The notes under the pieces are model-generated. The model saw nothing but the letters and a program-made list of their open reading frames with translations, made no database searches and had not been told where the DNA came from. A DNA stretch of 64,000 nucleotides from the human T2T-CHM13v2.0 reference genome, Homo sapiens, in assembly GCF_009914755.1 (NCBI RefSeq), contig NC_060928.1; one strand, given 5' to 3'. The position numbers were made by a program, and so were the translations under genes. Shown here one piece after another: positions 14,956-32,347 of the stretch (its first letter is position 1; every line of letters begins with the position of its first letter).

Positions 14956-15820
14956 CAGCCAGTCCTTGGATAATATTAACTTGTTCAAAGTCATTTTGTT
15001 ATAACATTGATGAGAAAAAAAGTAGATTTCTGGCTGGGGACACTGTCTTTGTGGAGTTTGCACATTCTCCCTATGTCTGTGTAGGTTTATGGGGGGTACT
15101 CCAGTTTCCTTCCACATCCCAAAGATGTGCACATTAGGTTAATTGGCATCTCTGCATTGTCCCAATGTGAGTGTGTGTGGGTGTGGGTGTGTGAGCAAGT
15201 GCACCTGTGATGGAATGGCATCCCTTTCCAAGGTTGGTTCTCTTATTGTGACCTGAGCTGCTGGGACAGGCTGTCCCAACCTGACTCTGAACTGAAATAA
15301 ATAGGTTGAAAAATGAAAGAATGAATAAGTCAAAATTATTCCAAAATAAAAATGTGTAAAGTATATGGTAATCATACAAATGCCCAACAATACATAATAT
15401 AGTACAAAAGCACTCAGTGAGTCATACATGTTATTGTTTGTTTCTGAACTGTGTGGTGTTAGGAGGTGTTCCTTACAATTTTGTCTTTGCAAACAGTTAT
15501 TCCTTGATTCAACCCACCACCACTACAACTACTATCCCTCACTGATTCACCACAAATTGGGTAAATAGTTATTAATTTACTTATTTTTAAAATTGCTGAA
15601 ATGTATGTATATGTCACATTTATTTCAATGTTTAGTATTAGACGTGATATATCTCTTTTAATTAGAAGTTTGGTGATGGTTTTGTGAAGAGAAGTATGCC
15701 ATAAGAACTTAATTCTTGTTTACATCAATTCATTTATGGTACAATTGGTTTCATATATGCTGTTTCACTTGAGTCACAGTTCCAAAGGACCGATCCATTA
15801 TGTGGAGTGATTATTTACCA
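14956..15820 (+). mobile_element. MER6 non-autonomous Tigger element, full length (865 bp)
   Basis: TA-flanked at 14954-14955 and 15821-15822; internal gtggagtttgcacattctccctatgtctgtgtaggttt...tccagtttccttccacatcccaaagatgtgc is characteristic of MER6. Confidence 0.92.
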
Positions 15821-16169
15821 TACTTCTCTGGCTTGATTCCTTTTGATACTGATCTTATTTATAAGTGCTTTCAGAAATTTCTTCTGGAACAAGGAAGGCA
15901 GATCCATCTACTTCCTCATCTACTTCGTGGCCTTTTTTCTCTGTCTCCTTATGTTCTCTGAATCCTGGCTCTGCCTGAGAACGCGTCTTCCTCTATTGTG
16001 CCGACCAGTGAAAAAATGTTCATTTTGCCAAACCGGCCATCAATAGCTTCACCTTACTTTCAGGATTCCTATTGTGTATCACAGGTATTATATCTCACAC
16101 AAACCTCTATACTCTATACCATAGTGTTTTGTGTCTGGTTTTGAGTTTCATTCTTTATCCTAGACACAC

Positions 16170-18245
16170 TGTAAATCTAGGAGAAATCCATAATTACAAA
16201 CAAGATTCATCCAACTAACCAGTTCCCAATCCCTGGACTTCCTCCACTTAGTGGCTTTGATCTATGTCCTACTTAATTATCCTCTACTATACCATTACCT
16301 GGATCTTATTTTCAGGCATGAGTGTATCATAATAGAAAATTTAACATCCAGCGACACACACTCTGACCACTAAGTCTTGTTATTCCAAGACTCACACACT
16401 CACATTCATTAAACTTTTAAATTAAAGTATTGAGGCCACCAAGCCACTGACCTTTCATTTCTTCTACTATCGTACTGGAAGCTCAACAAGTGAATAACTG
16501 TTAATGTTAATTAATATGAAACAAATAGTTATTGGACACTTCCTTAATTCACCTAGGAAATAAGGTAATTATGCATAGTATTTTTCAGCTTTCCTCTCTT
16601 CTGTTTGATTCCCCTCTTTGTTACTTTATACTAATTCCAGACAACGAGATTCCTTTCCCTATCCTTAGCCAGCATCTGACTCTACCAATACCTCTGACCT
16701 CATCAGTTCCTGACACCTCTGGGATCTTGTTCCATCAGTGCCCTAACCCCTAGCTCCTCTGTCTTCAACCTCTCTTTCTCTATTTAAACAGCCCTCTCCT
16801 CAGCTTATAAATATCTGAAGCCCTAAATAGCTGGAATCACTGTACCCTCAAGCTATTATCCTTCTCTCCCAAGCCATTCTAATGCATGATTTTCAACAGA
16901 CATCTGCAGTGGCTATGGTCTGTTTTATCATGTCCTTCCTCAATGAATTTTCAGAATCTACTAAAATTGTTGTTACACATGTCACCAATAGCCTTAATTA
17001 CTGAATATTAATGAATTTTCTACTATTTTCTTCTATCATCTTTACTCTTTATTTAATTTGCCAAGGCCCTCCTTTTGAAATGCTTCATCCTTTTTAATTT
17101 TGTGACATCTTTCTCTTCTGCCTAAAGACATTTTTCTGCCTCTTCCATGGGCTTCTCTTCCTCTGCTTTCACTCTGTATGCTTTCTCAAACTTAGACACC
17201 CAATTTCATAGTTTTATGCTAATCATCCTTATGCGTATTGCTCAAGCTACCTTAAAAACTTACTTCTAATTTTCCTGGATCCCTTCACCTGAATGTTCAT
17301 CAATTGCTATATATTGATAATGTCCCAATCTAACTTCCACTAAATCATGTACTATTCATTTGAGTTGGTCACCTTTAGGTAATCTCTCAAACACTTAGCT
17401 ATCATTCTCACCTCTCCATACTTTCAGCCACCAAATCCAATTATTTATTAAGTCCTAAATACTTATATCAAATTTATGTATTAAATAAGTATTTCCCGTT
17501 ATTTACATATGTGAAATACACACATACACACACATAAATGTTTTTTCTCTGTCTTCATATCAATGTATCTTTCCTTGTAGATGTCTCTAAACTCAAACAG
17601 GTTTATTGCACTAACTTCCTAACTATCCTCTCTGTTTTCAGTTTTGACTCCTTAGATCATGCTGGGACTAGGTTCCATAAATACAAACCCAACTCTGACA
17701 CTTCTATTTAAAAGTTTCCAGTCACTCCACATTTTCTATGTAATAAAACCAAGTTTTTAAATATGGCTTTCTAGGTATTTTAAAGTTTGAAACTACTCAT
17801 GCAGATTTATTTCTTGCTATCCTCCTCTTCACCCTTTATACTCCAGCAGCAATGCATTGCTTGTATTTTCTTTACACCCCTCCAGAATATATCACATTAC
17901 TTTTGCTAATGTTTATCTTTGCCTCGGTGACCCTTTTCTACGCATAGGCCTTCCTCACTAGTCCTCTTTATTCCCCTGTCACCTGCCTGGAAAACTTCTA
18001 CGCCTCCTTATTTTTTAAGACTCAGGTCTGAGGTCACTCTTTCCAATGCATCTGCTCTGACCCTTCTGGACTGGCTGATGTGTCCCTCTTCTGTATGTAG
18101 TTTGTTAGATGCTATAGCATGTTTTGTCCCTACCTTTACCACTAGACTGTGATGTCCTTTAGTGCAAGGGCTATGTCTCATAAATCGCTGTAACTCCAGC
18201 ATATAGCAAAGTTCCTGACACATGGCCAATAAACTTTTATTGCAT
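16170..18245 (+). mobile_element. L2 LINE, long degraded copy
   Basis: Pyrimidine-rich + strand; L2 3' end ctagactgtgatgtcc...gcatatagcaaagttcctgacacatgg. Confidence 0.75.
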
Positions 18246-18989
18246 AGGGAGTCTTCAAGCCATAAAATGATTCACAGTAGAATTAACGGAGAAGTAACAT
18301 GGTCCAAGCACTCCTGGAGGAATCAGTGCTCTGTGTGATGCTGGAGAGGTCACTTCACCTTTCTACAGCTCTACTCCTCAGCTGACAAACGACCACCTAT
18401 ATTTTAAGGTTCTTTCCTGTTCCATATTTCTATAAATTACGTCTCTTCATGCTGCATTTATGTTTTTCATGTTTTCTATTATAGAATTTTAACAACTCCC
18501 TTAAGATACTTCGCAGACATTCCACACACGGTAACTACATTGAAGTTGAGAACCTATTGTGAATTAAGTCATTTACACAGATTAAGTTCCCCAGCAAAGA
18601 AAGATGAGTAAGTGTAAATTGAATAAATAAATACATTTTATTACCAACTTTTAAAAATGTACTGAAGAAATATAAATTTATGGATAGAAACTTCAGTCAA
18701 CCAAGAATAAAGCATACTCACATAGCCATAGTTTTTTAGGGGGGTATGTGGGAGTATGAATAGTCCAGATAAGCTATGTGCGCTAAAACCTTATTCATTA
18801 AGGCAACATTTTTTTGAGAATCTATTGAGTGTTAAGATATTTATTATATGCAGTTGTCAGTCCAGTCATCAATAATTATATTACAAGTATCAATTTAGTT
18901 GTATTTCAATGCTACTCATTCTTTTTCACTCAGTGTTGAGGGAACTTTCTTATTCATCTCTCTATGTTTCTGGTAGAATGTAAGTTCTT

Positions 18990-19165
18990 GAAACTCACCA
19001 CCAGAGTTAAGATTCTGGTCCTGCTACTTTCTATCTGTGTCTCCCAAGGCAAGATATTTGACCTTCCTTTGCCTTAGATTTCTCTCCTATGAAATGGAGA
19101 TGAATATACAAGTACCTACACATAGATCAGGTCAGGTATATAAAATGAGTTAATATGTGCAACAT
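18990..19165 (+). mobile_element. MIR
   Basis: ggcaagatatttgacc...gccttagatttctctcctatgaaatggagat...aaatgagttaatatgtg. Confidence 0.75.
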
Positions 19166-19439
19166 AAAAACAAAAACATGTAGAATTAAGTAAGTTACAA
19201 TCACATACACATTACATATGCTACTGAACATAATGTGTCCAACAATATCCCTGTATTAGATGTTTACTATGTATTTATTGTATTAACATTAACTTGACAA
19301 TAACACAAATCTATTACATAAGCCATATATACAAAAAGTCCAATGAAAGGTTAAACTATGTCTTAATAGGAGGTAAATTGCGTTGGAGTAGTAAAAGCTG
19401 AGAAATATTACTGACATTTAAATTTTTCTAAAGATGCAT

Positions 19440-19830
19440 TGGTATTCATTCAGCAAACATTTATTAAATACACATTACATTGTAGATGCTGTGCTAGGTG
19501 CTGAAATAATGCGAACAGAACACATGACTCATGCCTTTATGGACTTTCAGTAGGGAAGACACACATTGAATAACTTTTTGTATTTATAGAATATTAAGAT
19601 GAAAAAGTTTGATGTCCTACACTTGATCTTAGCCAAAAGGTGAAGAAGTGATGAAAAAGTTTGATGTCCTATAGGAACAAATAAAACATAGATCTAATAT
19701 GTAAATTAGGAAGGACATTTTGAAGGAAGTAACTTTTTGTGTGAAACCGGGAAAGTAAAGAGATATTAATCCATGCTGCAGGATGTGGAAATGAGGAGTG
19801 GTAGGAGAAGAGAAACAAGTTTATTAAAAG
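19440..19830 (-). mobile_element. L2 fragment hosting the U2 retrocopy
   Basis: attcattcagcaaacatttattaaat...gctgtgctaggtgctg is a reversed L2 3' end. Confidence 0.7.
19617..19652 (-). pseudogene. U2 snRNA 5'-fragment retropseudogene (nt 1-36, tailless)
   Basis: Reverse complement atcacttcttcaccttttggctaagatcaagtgtag matches U2 ATCGCTTCTCGGCCTTTTGGCTAAGATCAAGTGTAG; perfect TSD gaaaaagtttgatgtccta at 19601-19619 and 19653-19671. Confidence 0.95.
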
Positions 19831-20334
19831 CGGCAAGATGTAGCAAAAAGTGTATTTACCTAGGGTCAAAAATGCTTCCCATGTTACTTTCCAAAGTATT
19901 CAACTCTAAATTCATTTTGCAATAAATCCTCTTTTATAACCACTGGAGTTTATGCATCCTCCTGAGTTATGTTTAAATGTGTTCACATAGAACATTCTTT
20001 GGAGGATTATTCACATCACTATATGAGAAAGTTTCCAGGTATGACTAATGCAACAAAATTTTGTACAATGGTAACTTCCTAAATATTTATATCAAACTTT
20101 AAAACCTTGCTTCATTTAATTGTATCATTTAAATTTTACACCTACTAGTGACCTGCATTTGAGTTTCCTCATTATACAAAAATGGGAAGTAAAGCTGATT
20201 GGTGTTTGCAAAGTCACACAGCTAATGTTACTAGAAATCAGGTGACCGAACTGTAGATCCTGAAAATATTGTGGTACAGAGCCCAAGCTTATTTGTATTG
20301 ATTAGGGCTCACTTTGCATAGTGAATATGAAGGA

Positions 20335-21150
20335 GAGTCATTCATTCCATAAATGTTTAATGGATACCTTTCAAGCACCAGGCACTGATTTAGATATTGG
20401 GGATAAATCAGTGAACAATGCAAGCAACTGTCCTGTCTTCACGAAGCTTACTTCCTAGATGGCAGAGGTAGAAACAAACAAGATGAATGAGTAAATTACA
20501 GCTTGTTAGCAGTGGCAAGGGCTAAGAAGACAAATAATTGAGAAAGGAGGATAAACAGCATAAATGTGCAGTTTTTGAATAAGCAAAGAAAGCCTCACTG
20601 GAATTATAACTTTTAACCAAAGACCCATAGGAGAAGAGGGATAGAGCCACACTGAGATCTCAGAGAAAGTCTTCCAAGTAAAGGCAATTGTTACATAAAA
20701 ACCACAGGGCTTGGGGGCTGTGTGGAACAGTAAGGTAGCCAACGTGCCTGGAGTGGAAAGAACAAGGCAGAAAGTGGTAGGAAAGGTAACAAGGGGTTAG
20801 ATTTTACAGGGCATTAGGCCATGGTGAGAAATTTTGCTTTTAGGATGAGTGAGATGGGAAGTCATTGCGGGGTTCAGAGCACAAGAAAGTCAATGCCTGG
20901 TTTATATTATAAGAGGATAACCTAGACGGTTATGTTGTGAGGGGACTGTTCGCAAAGGCCAATGCAGAAAGGCCAGTTAGGAGTCCATTAAAATAACAGA
21001 TGATGGTAGATGTGTCCAGTGAATAGGAGATGACAAGACAAGATCAAATTCTGATATCTTTTTCAGGTTAGGATGACAGGATATAGAATTGTTTTAGCGT
21101 TAGATATGGGTGTAAAAGGAAGAGAGGTATCAATGAGTACCACAAGTTTA
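20335..21150 (-). mobile_element. L2
   Basis: tcattcattccataaatgttta...ccaggcactg...gatgggaagtcattgcgggg; purine-rich reversed L2. Confidence 0.8.
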
Positions 21151-21999
21151 AAGACAACAGGTAATATATCAACCTCATTTATCTTCCTGCTAGCCTTGTG
21201 AGTATGTGTTACTGTTGTTTTATTATTTTTATTGTTGTTTTTCTGTTTATTAGTTATATTGCAGAAGTGGTTTGAGAAAGTTGAATAGAAAGAGTAAGAA
21301 GAGTGAGGGTACTTATTGGGCTGGGAACCTGGTGAAAGTTCAAATAAACTTCAGGAAGGATATTTGTAGCTGACCTGTAATAAAAACATCATTTCGGAAG
21401 CCAGGAATTTTTTTTTTCACATAGAAAATTGTTACTGTTTTATAGGTAGAAATTAGAGAAAATGGCAGAATTGGGTTATATTTTCTATAGAACTTGGTTG
21501 TTTGTAACTAAATCAACAAAAATTATCTCTATACAGCATCCTCTTAGAGCTAGTAACAGCTTGGCCATCCTAAACTCTTCTTTGATATGTTATTTGTCTT
21601 GAATAGTATTTCATCTGGAGTAAAAATTAAGAATTGTATTTCCACAAAAAAGCATGCTTATTAGTCTGCAATTTTCTCAAAGTCAGCAGTTGAATCATTT
21701 TGAGAGTAAACACCTTGATGTGAATACTTAGAAAGTGTATTTAAGGGTTAGCAAGGATAGACAGTAATTCTGAACAATGACACGTATGACTTCAGTGCTA
21801 GACTTCATGCTGAGGGTTCACTGCACTTGTTATTTCACAATGGCTGCCTCAGAAGATGAGCTAACATAACAACCTACTGCCAATGCCATAAACAATTGCC
21901 AATTTCATTTTACAGGAGTCACATGGAAGAGCTGAACCAGAAAAAGTGATGATGGTAGACAAAACTGAATACGTATGACTCATTCAGAGCTGGGCATTA

Positions 22000-22200
22000 G
22001 CACAGAATCAATGTTGGATTTCCCAAGTTCAAACCGGAATTTTGCCAGTAATTACTTACATGACCTTGAGGAGACCACTGAGCTTACTTCTTCACTTTAA
22101 AACATAAGGAGTTAATGTAGACTTCCACTGGAGAATCATGTGACTCAAATGAGACGAGGCATGTGTAAAAATGTTTTAAAACACTGAAACAATACTTGAT
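22000..22200 (+). mobile_element. MIR
   Basis: agttcaaaccggaattttgcca...tgaccttga...ctcaaatgagacga. Confidence 0.65.
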
Positions 22201-22352
22201 GTTACTGAACAGATTTTCCATTTGAAAGAAGGAAAGGCGGAGAATTTAGCAATTATTTAAATTATTTAAATGATTTAGCAATTACTCAGTACTTTCCTTG
22301 GCTTCAGGAATTGCCCACATGCTACTCCATTGAATCTGAACAACAACATAAT

Positions 22353-22353
<1 letters not shown>

Positions 22354-22397
<44 letters not shown>
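22354..22397. repeat. (CTAT)n tetranucleotide STR
   Basis: Seen directly. Confidence 0.97.
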
Positions 22398-22934
22398 ATC
22401 TGTGTACTTAACAACAATCTGTCGTGCATCTTTCCCAATGTCATTGCATATGTCAAAATCAAGATCCAAACTTAGGTCTGTCTTGCTCCCAAACCTGCAT
22501 AATTCCTGTTATACCAACTCACCCTCTGTCCATTTTACACTGTATCAGGGATGGAGGAAATAATAGAGATTATCTAATGAAACGGTTTTCAAATATTTGT
22601 TTGCAAAGTCCTGTTGAGAAACTTAATATTTGCTAGAAGTAGGGTTGCCCTTGTTAAAGCAGCAGTGGGAACCCCAAAATTGTTTCTCCACTTGGCTCTC
22701 TTCCACTTCTGTCCTTGGGATAGTGAGTACCTTAGAGTTTCAAAAAACATTATTGTAGCGCATTCCCCTCACTTTTGTACCTTTTAAAAAAGCAAAGGCT
22801 CTGGGAGTCTAACTGATTTAGCCAAGAGCACACATCTTTTTTTTTTTTCTTGTTTTGTCGTTAAAAAAAGGCAATGTTCATATGTAAATAATCTCTATGA
22901 ATAATATTCCTGTTTCCTATCAAATTGCTGAACC

Positions 22935-22965
22935 AGTTAAGAGATAAATTTGTTATCTCTTAACT
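22935..22965. repeat. Perfect 13-bp inverted repeat with a 5-nt loop
   Basis: agttaagagataa-atttg-ttatctcttaact. Confidence 0.9.
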
Positions 22966-23201
22966 ATCAATCACATAATTGATGGAGCTGCTGGGGAAGC
23001 ATGGCTCACCGTGTGGCAACAAAAGGCTGCTCCCAGAATCAGCAATACCATGTTACAGGTAAGACCGCTTTTCCCTAGCTCAGAGCCTTTCCCAGTAAAC
23101 TTGCTACTGGGGCAAAAACGGACCAGAATATAAGCTCCTTGGAGGTCAAATCCTATAGCTGAAGGGGTAGTGAGGTTGAGTTCTGTCTACTCAATTACTT
23201 C

Positions 23202-23557
23202 TTTATTAGTCAATTTTCATGCTGCTGATAAAGATGTGCCCAAGACGGGGCAACCTACGAAAGAAAGAGGTTGAATGGACTTACAGTTCTGCATGGCTGG
23301 GGAGACCTCACAATCATGGTGGAAGGAAAAAGTCATGTCTCACATGGCGGCAGATGAGAAGAGAGAGCTTTTGCAGGGAAACTCCCGTTTTAAAAACCAT
23401 CAGATCTTGTGAGAGTTATTCACTATCACGACAACAACATGGGAAACACCCGCTCCCATGATTCAGGTATCTCCCACCGGATCCTTCCCACAACATGTGG
23501 GAATTATGGGAGCTACAAGATGAGATTTGAGTGGGGAAACAGAGCCAAATCCTATCA
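23202..23557 (-). mobile_element. THE1 (THE1A/B) MaLR solo LTR
   Basis: tattagtcaattttcatgctgctgataaaga...gggagctacaagatgagatttgagtggggaaacagagccaaatcctatca. Confidence 0.93.
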
Positions 23558-24659
23558 TCCCCCTAACTCACCAGATCACTCATCCATTCCTAGGAATAGT
23601 GAGGGTCCATTGTTGCGTTAATATAAGACACTTGTTATGAAATAAACATCAGGAAAATGGGCGTAGAGACACTACATAATGGAATAATGCAGGTGATGAG
23701 AACTGCACGTAGTAACAATAGTTTTATTTTTTTTAACATCTGGGTTTTACTTCTGATTTGTTTATTGTGCTATTAAGTATTATGGATTTATGGCTTCATA
23801 ATTTGCAGATGAACTTGTTTCTAAAATGCATGTTATTGTAGTGAGTTATCATGTGAGGTGAAAGTAAACCTTAAAATACAAATTTTCTCTATCACCTTAA
23901 AGGAGCAAAGTTAGAGGGATTGTCAGGTCTTCAAAACAGGAAACATCCAAAGGACAGGGAGAATGGTGGGGTATCAGAATTAGCGAGACCATGCAGGACT
24001 TGTGAGAATCAAATAAAGAGACTGTGGAACAATAGGAATTGATAAAGGAATACTTAGATATAAAGACAAATTTGACACTTACCCTCTAGGTATTATTAAA
24101 CAGCTGTTGCAGATCCTATGTAAGATTCCAATATATCTTGAATTTATGAATACGTGGGAATTACTAGATCTGGTTTTTACATAATCATCCAGTTTAACTC
24201 ACAAACAAGCTTAATATTTGGGAGCATCAATTAAAAAAAAAAATTTGTTGAAAAGTCAACACACCGCAGCAGATAAGAAAGCCATCAGATTATTAAAATC
24301 TTTAGATCTCATTTCAATAAGTAGGCATTCAAAATAAAGTTAAAATGATTTTAGTATAATAAAAATAAATATATATCCTAGCTTTAATTCCTCACAAAAG
24401 AAAAATTACATATTCCTTTCCATTATTCTCATTTTCCCTCTAAATCCCAGATCTAATTTCTATCGCTGGGATACAGATGACTTTGGTGAAAGACCTGTAT
24501 CTACTCATGTGGCTGTTGCCACTAACTTCAAGTCATTCTCCAGTTCTCAGTTTCAATATCACTTCTGTAAATAACTCTATTATTAATTTCAAATGAGAAT
24601 TAGTTTCCCTGTTGTGTTCTCTCATATCATCCTAATATTCTTTCCAAAGTAGTGATTAC

Positions 24660-24990
24660 TAAGATTGGAATGAGGGCAGGATATGTGGAGATATAGGTCA
24701 AGAAATCTAGAGTAGTAAATACATAAAATGAACAAATTAAAAAATATAACATACAGAATGAGGAATACAGTCAGCAATAGTGTATTGTATTCAGTAATTT
24801 TGCTAATGAGCAAGTTATACCTGCTCTTGACATAGGGGAGAAAATGGGTAGCTATGTAAGAACATGAATATGTTAACTTGTTTCACTCTAGTAATCATTG
24901 ATATATATACACATTTTTATAAATATATTTATATACATTTAAAACATTGTATATCTTAAACATACACAGTGCAATTTATTTAAAATTTTT
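24660..24990 (+). mobile_element. L1MA-type (L1MA8-like) 3' fragment
   Basis: aatagtgtattgtattcagtaattttgctaa...atatgttaacttgtttcactctagtaatcatt. Confidence 0.7.
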
Positions 24991-25019
24991 TTTGCCCATT
25001 TTCATAGCATTTTTACCCT

Positions 25020-25500
25020 TCTAATTTGTTCCTTCAGTTAGTCAAGAGTATTTATTGAGCATCTATTACATGTCATCCATTTTTCTAGGATCTTAATATA
25101 CAATGATAAACAGGATAGACTAGATTCCTGTTCTTATGGAGTGTACATTCTAGTGGGTATTCCAAGTGGTCAAAAATCTTAGACACTTTTTTTTATAACC
25201 CACTGATATTAGCTAAACTTCTGTCATAGTTATTGATATACAAATAAATATTTATTGAAGAAATAAATCAAAATTATAAGGAATAAATACATCAGATATT
25301 GACAAAAGTTATGCATATGCAGAAAATTAGTATTGGGTGAAGGAATTGATAGTCAGTGACCTATTCTAGATTAATTGTTCATGGAAGTCCTCTCTGAGGA
25401 CTTGGAATTCAACTTGAGATATGCATAATAGAAAAAGCCAGTTGTATGTACTACTAGCCAGAAGCAACCATTCTCTGAGAAGCCCAAGCAACGGTGAGAG
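25020..25500 (-). mobile_element. L2 fragments
   Basis: gtatttattgagcatctattacatgtca...cctgttcttatggagtgtacattctagtgg. Confidence 0.7.
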
Positions 25501-26234
25501 GCTTGCAGATTAAGACACCACAAAAAGACAGACAGGGAAGATGAAAAGAGAGGACAGAAAAGAATGAAAGGAATGAAAGTAAAGAAAGGGTACAGAAGGT
25601 AAGAGAAGAGAAGAAAATAGAGTCACCAAGGCAAACCACAGTACCAGGCATGAGTGAAGATGCTTTTGGAAATAGACATTCCAGTCATAACTGTCACTCC
25701 ACCTGAATTCCTCCTGACCAATAAAATTGCGAGCAAGAATAACATGGCTGTTTTATGTCATTACGTGCTGGAGTTGTTCCACAACCACAGATTACTGAAG
25801 CATGTGTCTTTCACAGTCACTGCAGCATCCACAGAGCTTAGTTACTGATCCATACTGAATGAGATAAAAAAAGTAAAAAGGATAATTAAAGTGAAAAATT
25901 ATTAATCACTAGCTGTATGATATTTGGTATGCTCTCTCTTTGAGCGTCAATGTCTTTACATGTAAAGTAAAAATGCTATATACATTTCAGAGTGTTTAAG
26001 AGAATAAAATAAGGTAATATGTGTAAACGTTTTATATTGTGCTTGCACACAGTGGTTATGGAAGTAGTAGAATCACTTCATTTAATGTTTAGTCTATAGT
26101 ATCTAAAGCAACACCTATGATATAAAATTTCATTAGTTTTTTTTTAACAAATGAGGAAATGAATGCATTGAATAACTACTAAAAGGCACTGTTCAAGTCC
26201 CTAAAATTATGACAAATAAGGTTCAGTGCCATGT

Positions 26235-31285
<5,051 letters not shown>

Positions 31286-31339
31286 ACAGGATTTTTTTTG
31301 TTTTGAGTATAATGGCACATCTAATTGTTCCTTATGAAT

Positions 31340-31870
31340 ATAAGATCTAATGGCATTTTAAGCAAAGGAAAGAGCTAGAAGAAATACTGAAATGATACTG
31401 ACATATGGTATATCAAGGGACTTCAGATGCTATAATTTGGCTGAGGCATAGTATGTATGTGGAGAATGACATCAGTAGTCAGAGAAGCAGAACTCAGATC
31501 ATGAAGGGTTGAGTATGCCATAACAATGTGTTTGACCTTCTCTGTATAGGGAATAGAGAGACAGTTACTAATTTTATTCAGGACCCAGGCACTCTCGACT
31601 TCCATTTTAGGAGAATTATTTTAGATCATTGTGATGAATGAAATAGAATGCTTGAGATGGAAGCAAAGTCTAATTCCAAAGCTGATGCTATTACCAACAA
31701 GAGGAATGATACTGACATGAACTAAAGCCAGTGTTTAGTGAAAAAGTGACAGATACGGAAAAATTTAATAGAAGTAAGGTATAGGCTCTAATTGATTTTA
31801 TATGGAAGTTGAGGAAAATAGTGGTCAAGATGATGTGAAGTTATTGACTTATATGAACATCAGAGTAATC
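31340..31870 (-). mobile_element. L2 fragment
   Basis: cagatcatgaaggg...taagttttt-like block; agtggtcaagatgatg; degenerate. Confidence 0.55.
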
Positions 31871-31959
31871 AGATATTGCTTTCCATAAAAGGACATTTTT
31901 TAAACCCTCGAATTCTTGGTAACTAATGAAACAATCATTTATTTTTCTGGGTCAAATAA

Positions 31960-32347
31960 CTATAAGTGTGCGAAGGATTGGCTCAACTCAACTGGGCTTG
32001 GCTCTTGGTTGTGAGTCTAGCTCAGGCCTGTTTCATGTATCATTCAATCTTCTTGGACCATAAGCTATCTGGAGTACATGTGTCCCATTGAAAATGCAGG
32101 AGCTCAAGAGGAAAAGCAGAAACATGCAAGGCCTCTTATGGCATAGGCACATGAACCATACACTGTCATTTCCACTTACATGCCATTAGCCCAATTAAAT
32201 AACATGGCCAAGCTCAACATCAGCAGGGCAGCAACACATACTTGATTCACACCAGAAGGCATTCCACGATTATATGCCAAAGACGGGTATACAATTCTAA
32301 TATGGAAGAGAGTGAGAAAGTGGAGACAGTGACACAACCACCACAAA
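31960..32347 (-). mobile_element. Old MaLR LTR (MLT1H/I-like)
   Basis: catgcaaggcctctta...cactgtcatttccac...acatggccaagctcaacatcagcagggcag. Confidence 0.7.

Noticed and set aside
24070-24095. Isolated strong minus-strand donor motifs (also near 14161, 50388, 62565)
   Set aside because: No matching acceptor or coding frame identified; expected by chance.
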